This document shows, in pieces, positions 49,793-52,982 of a DNA stretch of 52,982 bases. The notes beneath the pieces were generated by a model. That model was not told the origin of the DNA and did no database searches. It saw only the letters and a list, made by a program, of their open reading frames with translations. The stretch lies in IMG/VR virus record IMGVR_UViG_2558860288_000010; one strand, written 5' to 3'. Numbering within the stretch: position 1 is the stretch's first letter; each line of letters opens with the position of its first letter. The stretch is from a virus (Duplodnaviria; Heunggongvirae; Uroviricota; Caudoviricetes). Both the position numbers and the translations under genes were made by a program.

Positions 49793-50071
49793 ATGTTCAG
49801 AATCATTTTTCCTAACACCTGGTACGTCGATCACCACGGCACTCCCTGCAAAATCCTGCGTTCTACCCACAACAAAGTTCACTACATCCGAAAAGGCAGA
49901 ACATGTATCGCCAGCATGTTCCGATTTAATCATGACTTTGAACCTGTGAATAAAGCTGATGCAGATCGGATAGCAGAAGAGATCGAAACGGCAGAACACA
50001 TTAAGAAGTTACGTGACATGCGTTCAAAAAGCAGAGGTAACTATGGAATCATACAGCCTCACACTCGATGA
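49793..50071 (+). CDS. Hypothetical protein (92 aa)
   Basis: ATG with GAGGTG RBS. Confidence 0.35.
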   Translation: MFRIIFPNTWYVDHHGTPCKILRSTHNKVHYIRKGRTCIASMFRFNHDFEPVNKADADRIAEEIETAEHIKKLRDMRSKSRGNYGIIQPHTR

Positions 50072-50487
50072 GGCCTGCCAGCTTCTCAAGATATCCAGAC
50101 CTACAGCAATCATGTCAATCCAATAAATGGAGACTCCAAGTGGAAGAAGAAATCTTCACTCGTGAAGAGGCTGCGTCGTATCTGAAGGTAGACAAAGGCA
50201 CTATCACGCAGTGGATACGAAGTGGACGACTTCAAGCCGCAAAGATAAATCCAGATAAACCTAAAAGCCCATATCGCATTTGCAAATCAGACTGCATTGC
50301 GGCGCTTAAGTCTGTGAGACACAATAGCGCGGTGAATGCGGTTGATGTGCAGGAGGTTAAAGCATGTCAATCAAACTGCGCGGTGGCACATGGCACTGCG
50401 ATTTCGTCGCGCCAGATGGATCAAGAGTTAGACGCTCTCTTGAAACATCGGACAAGAGGCAAGCGCAAGAACTTCACGATCGTCTGA
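50068..50487 (+). CDS. xis: Excisionase-like HTH protein (putative Xis)
   Basis: Central segment REEAASYLKVDKGTITQWIRSGRLQAAKI is a typical excisionase-type HTH. Start uncertain (ATG 50068 or GTG 50140); the 3' end overlaps int by 124 nt. Confidence 0.45.
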   Translation: MRPASFSRYPDLQQSCQSNKWRLQVEEEIFTREEAASYLKVDKGTITQWIRSGRLQAAKINPDKPKSPYRICKSDCIAALKSVRHNSAVNAVDVQEVKACQSNCAVAHGTAISSRQMDQELDALLKHRTRGKRKNFTIV

Positions 50488-51524
50488 AAGCAGAAGCGTG
50501 GAGAGTAAAAAATCTCGGTGAATCACCGAAAAAGCTATTCAAGGAAGCCTGCATACGGTGGCTGCGAGAGAAAGCGGATAAGAAGTCCATTGATGATGAC
50601 AAGAGCATTATATCGTTCTGGATGTTGCACTTCAGAGAAACCATTCTCTCTGACATAACAACAGAAAAAATAATGGAGGCGGTAGACGGGATGGAAAACC
50701 GCCGCCATCGCCTGAACTGGGAGATGAGCCGGGATAGGTGTTTGCGGCTTGGCAAGCCAGTGCCGGAGTATAAACCAAAGCTGGCAAGCAAAGGAACGAA
50801 GACGCGGCATCTGGCAATACTTCGCGCTATTCTCAATATGGCTGTTGAATGGGGATGGCTTGACAGGGCGCCCAAAATATCAACACCACGCGTTAAGAAT
50901 GGACGAATCAGATGGCTTACAGAGGAGGAATCGAAGCGCCTGTTTGCAGAAATTGCTCCTCATTTCTTCCCTGTGGTCATGTTTGCAATCACGACAGGCC
51001 TTCGTCGTTCCAACGTTACAGACCTTGAGTGGTCACAGGTCGATCTGGATAAGAAAATGGCATGGATGCACCCTGATGAAACAAAAGCTGGCAATGCGAT
51101 CGGAGTTCCTCTTAACGAAACCGCATGCCAGATATTAAGAAAACAGCAGGGGCTCCATAAGAGATGGGTATTTGTCCACACCAAACCTGCCTACCGAAGC
51201 GACGGAACAAAAACAGCAGCGGTAAGGAAGATGAGAACCGACAGCAACAAGGCATGGAAGGGAGCGTTAAAGCGGGCAGGCATTAGCAACTTCCGCTTCC
51301 ATGACCTGAGGCATACCTGGGCAAGCTGGCTGGTTCAGTCCGGTGTCTCTCTTCTTGCACTTAAAGAGATGGGAGGATGGGAAACTCTCGAAATGGTTCA
51401 AAGATACGCCCACCTTTCAGCTGGGCATCTCACCGAGCACGCGAGCAAAATCGATGCGATTATAAGTCGCAATGGCACAAATACGGCACAAGAGGAGAAC
51501 GTAGTTTACTTAAATGCGAGGTAA
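50364..51524 (+). CDS. int: Tyrosine integrase (lambda-type)
   Basis: ATG with AGGAGG RBS; catalytic HDLRHTWAS and Tyr in VQRYAHL; ends 15 bp from the tRNA 3' end. Confidence 0.85.
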   Translation: MSIKLRGGTWHCDFVAPDGSRVRRSLETSDKRQAQELHDRLKAEAWRVKNLGESPKKLFKEACIRWLREKADKKSIDDDKSIISFWMLHFRETILSDITTEKIMEAVDGMENRRHRLNWEMSRDRCLRLGKPVPEYKPKLASKGTKTRHLAILRAILNMAVEWGWLDRAPKISTPRVKNGRIRWLTEEESKRLFAEIAPHFFPVVMFAITTGLRRSNVTDLEWSQVDLDKKMAWMHPDETKAGNAIGVPLNETACQILRKQQGLHKRWVFVHTKPAYRSDGTKTAAVRKMRTDSNKAWKGALKRAGISNFRFHDLRHTWASWLVQSGVSLLALKEMGGWETLEMVQRYAHLSAGHLTEHASKIDAIISRNGTNTAQEENVVYLNAR

Positions 51525-51538
51525 CTTATTGATTTAGA

Positions 51539-51614
51539 TGGTGCCGATAATAGGAGTCGAACCTACGACCTTCGCATTACGAATGCGCTGCTCTACCAAC
51601 TGAGCTATATCGGC
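51539..51614 (-). tRNA. thrW: tRNA-Thr (thrW-type), integration target
   Basis: Reverse complement reads GCCGATATAGCTCAGTTGGTAGAGCAGCGCATTCGTAATGCGAAGGTCGTAGGTTCGACTCCTATTATCGGCACCA (76 nt); its 3' 46 nt are duplicated at 11108..11153. Confidence 0.9.
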
Positions 51615-51728
51615 CCTGAAAGGACATGTTCACGAACGTGAATCACGGTGGGCAAGGTTAAAACTAACCGGGCGATGCGTCAATGGCCTTGTGAATCAAA
51701 TGGCTACTTTTGCATCACCCGGTTTTAT

Positions 51729-52982
51729 TTACGCACGAATGGTGTAATCACCAATGCCGATCCACTTGTAAGTGGTCAGTGCTTCCAGCCCCATTGGGCC
51801 ACGCGCGTGGAGTTTTTGTGTGCTTACCGCCACTTCCGCACCCAGACCAAACTGGCCGCCGTCGGTAAAACGCGTAGAGGCGTTAACGTAAACAGCGGAC
51901 GAATCCACTTCGTTAACAAAACGCTGGGCGTTGCGCATATCGCGGGTCAGGATCGCATCGGAGTGTTGTGTGCCGTGTTCACGAATATGGGCGATGGCAT
52001 CGTCAAGATCGCTGACGATTTTGACGTTCAAATCTAATGACAGAAACTCATCGTCATACTCTTCGGCTTTAACAGCAACCACCTTCGCAGGGCCTGCCTG
52101 CAACTGCGCCAGTGCAGCTGCATCTGCGTGTAATGTCACGCCGCTTTCCGCCATTTGTTTGCTTAATGCGGGCAGGAAGCTATCGGCGATGTTTTTATTC
52201 ACCAGCAACGTTTCAACCGTATTACATGTGCTCGGACGCTGAGTTTTCGCGTTGACGATCACTTTTAATGCTTCAGCGATCTCTACACTTTCATCAACGT
52301 AAATATGGCATACGCCTATACCACCTGTGATCACCGGGATTGTCGACTGTTCACGGCACAGTTTATGCAAACCAGCGCCACCACGCGGGATCAGCATGTC
52401 GATGTATTTATCCATACGCAGCATTTCACTGACCAGCGCACGGTCAGGATTATCAATCGCCTGCACGGCACCCGCCGGTAAGCCGCAGGATTTCAGGGCG
52501 TCCTGAATCACCGCCACCGTTGCAGCGTTAGTGCGACACGTTTCTTTGCCACCGCGCAGGATCACCGCATTACCGGTTTTCAGGCACAGCGAAGCGACAT
52601 CAACCGTCACGTTCGGGCGCGCTTCATAAATCACGCCAATAACCCCCAGCGGTACGCGACGACGCTCAAGACGCAGGCCGCTGTCCAGTACGCCGCCATC
52701 GATTACCTGCCCCACCGGATCGGCGAGGTTGCACACCTGACGTACATCGTCGGCAATGCCTTTCAGCCGTGCGGGCGTCAGTGCCAGACGGTCAAGCATC
52801 GCTTCGCTAAGGCCATTGGCTCGCGCGTCAGCAACATCCTGGGCGTTAGCGTTGAGGATGATTTCGCTTTGTGCTTCCAGTTCATCGGCGATTTTTTCCA
52901 GCACGCGATTTTTTTCGCGGCTGGAGAGTTGCGCTAATTTATACGAGGCTTGCTTCGCGGCAATGCCCATTTGTTCCAGCAT
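51729..52982 (-). CDS. proA: Gamma-glutamyl phosphate reductase
   Basis: 417-aa translation matches E. coli ProA as recalled; the ATG is at the very end of the window (52980..52982). Confidence 0.95.

Larger units (their letters stand above)
11154..51538. mobile_element. Mosaic lambdoid prophage with a contractile-tail module, integrated at tRNA-Thr
   Basis: Bounded by the tRNA 3' duplicate and the intact tRNA. Contains integrase, recombination, immunity, replication, nin/Q/lysis, head and tail modules. Confidence 0.85.

Overview
The window holds a complete proA gene (51729..52982, minus) and a tRNA-Thr (51539..51614, minus) with two mobile elements integrated in tandem at the tRNA 3' end. 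Element 1 (about 11154..51538) is a roughly 40-kb mosaic lambdoid prophage bounded by a 46-bp duplicate of the tRNA 3' end (11108..11153). It carries a lambda-like early region (int/xis, exo-bet-gam, cI/cro, O with ori iterons, P, ren), a DLP12-like nin/Q/lysis region (ybcN, ninE, ybcO, rusA, Q, an nmpC-like porin, pinholin, SAR endolysin, Rz/Rz1, bor), lambda-like terminase and portal, a fused protease-capsid gene and a P2/Mu-type contractile tail module. Element 2 (1..about 11107, left end outside the window) is a P4-like satellite with a P4-type integrase, AlpA, a primase-helicase, an Ogr/Delta activator, and a scaffold/capsid-like gene pair. The best candidate for an undescribed system is an AT-rich three-gene cassette (two membrane proteins plus a 300-aa soluble protein, 44387..45896) sitting exactly where lambda carries rexA/rexB. 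Other accessory candidates are a Kiwa-like gene pair (1..1650), an integrase-coupled 265-aa gene (8966..9763), and a 373-aa reverse-oriented gene ending at an A7 run with an out-of-frame downstream continuation (38896..40315). Both elements also carry a C4/CI-type antisense-RNA-like structured region, and the prophage has a 149-bp direct repeat bracketing the antirepressor module. All homology statements come from reading the translations and recalled family sequences; no database search was run.
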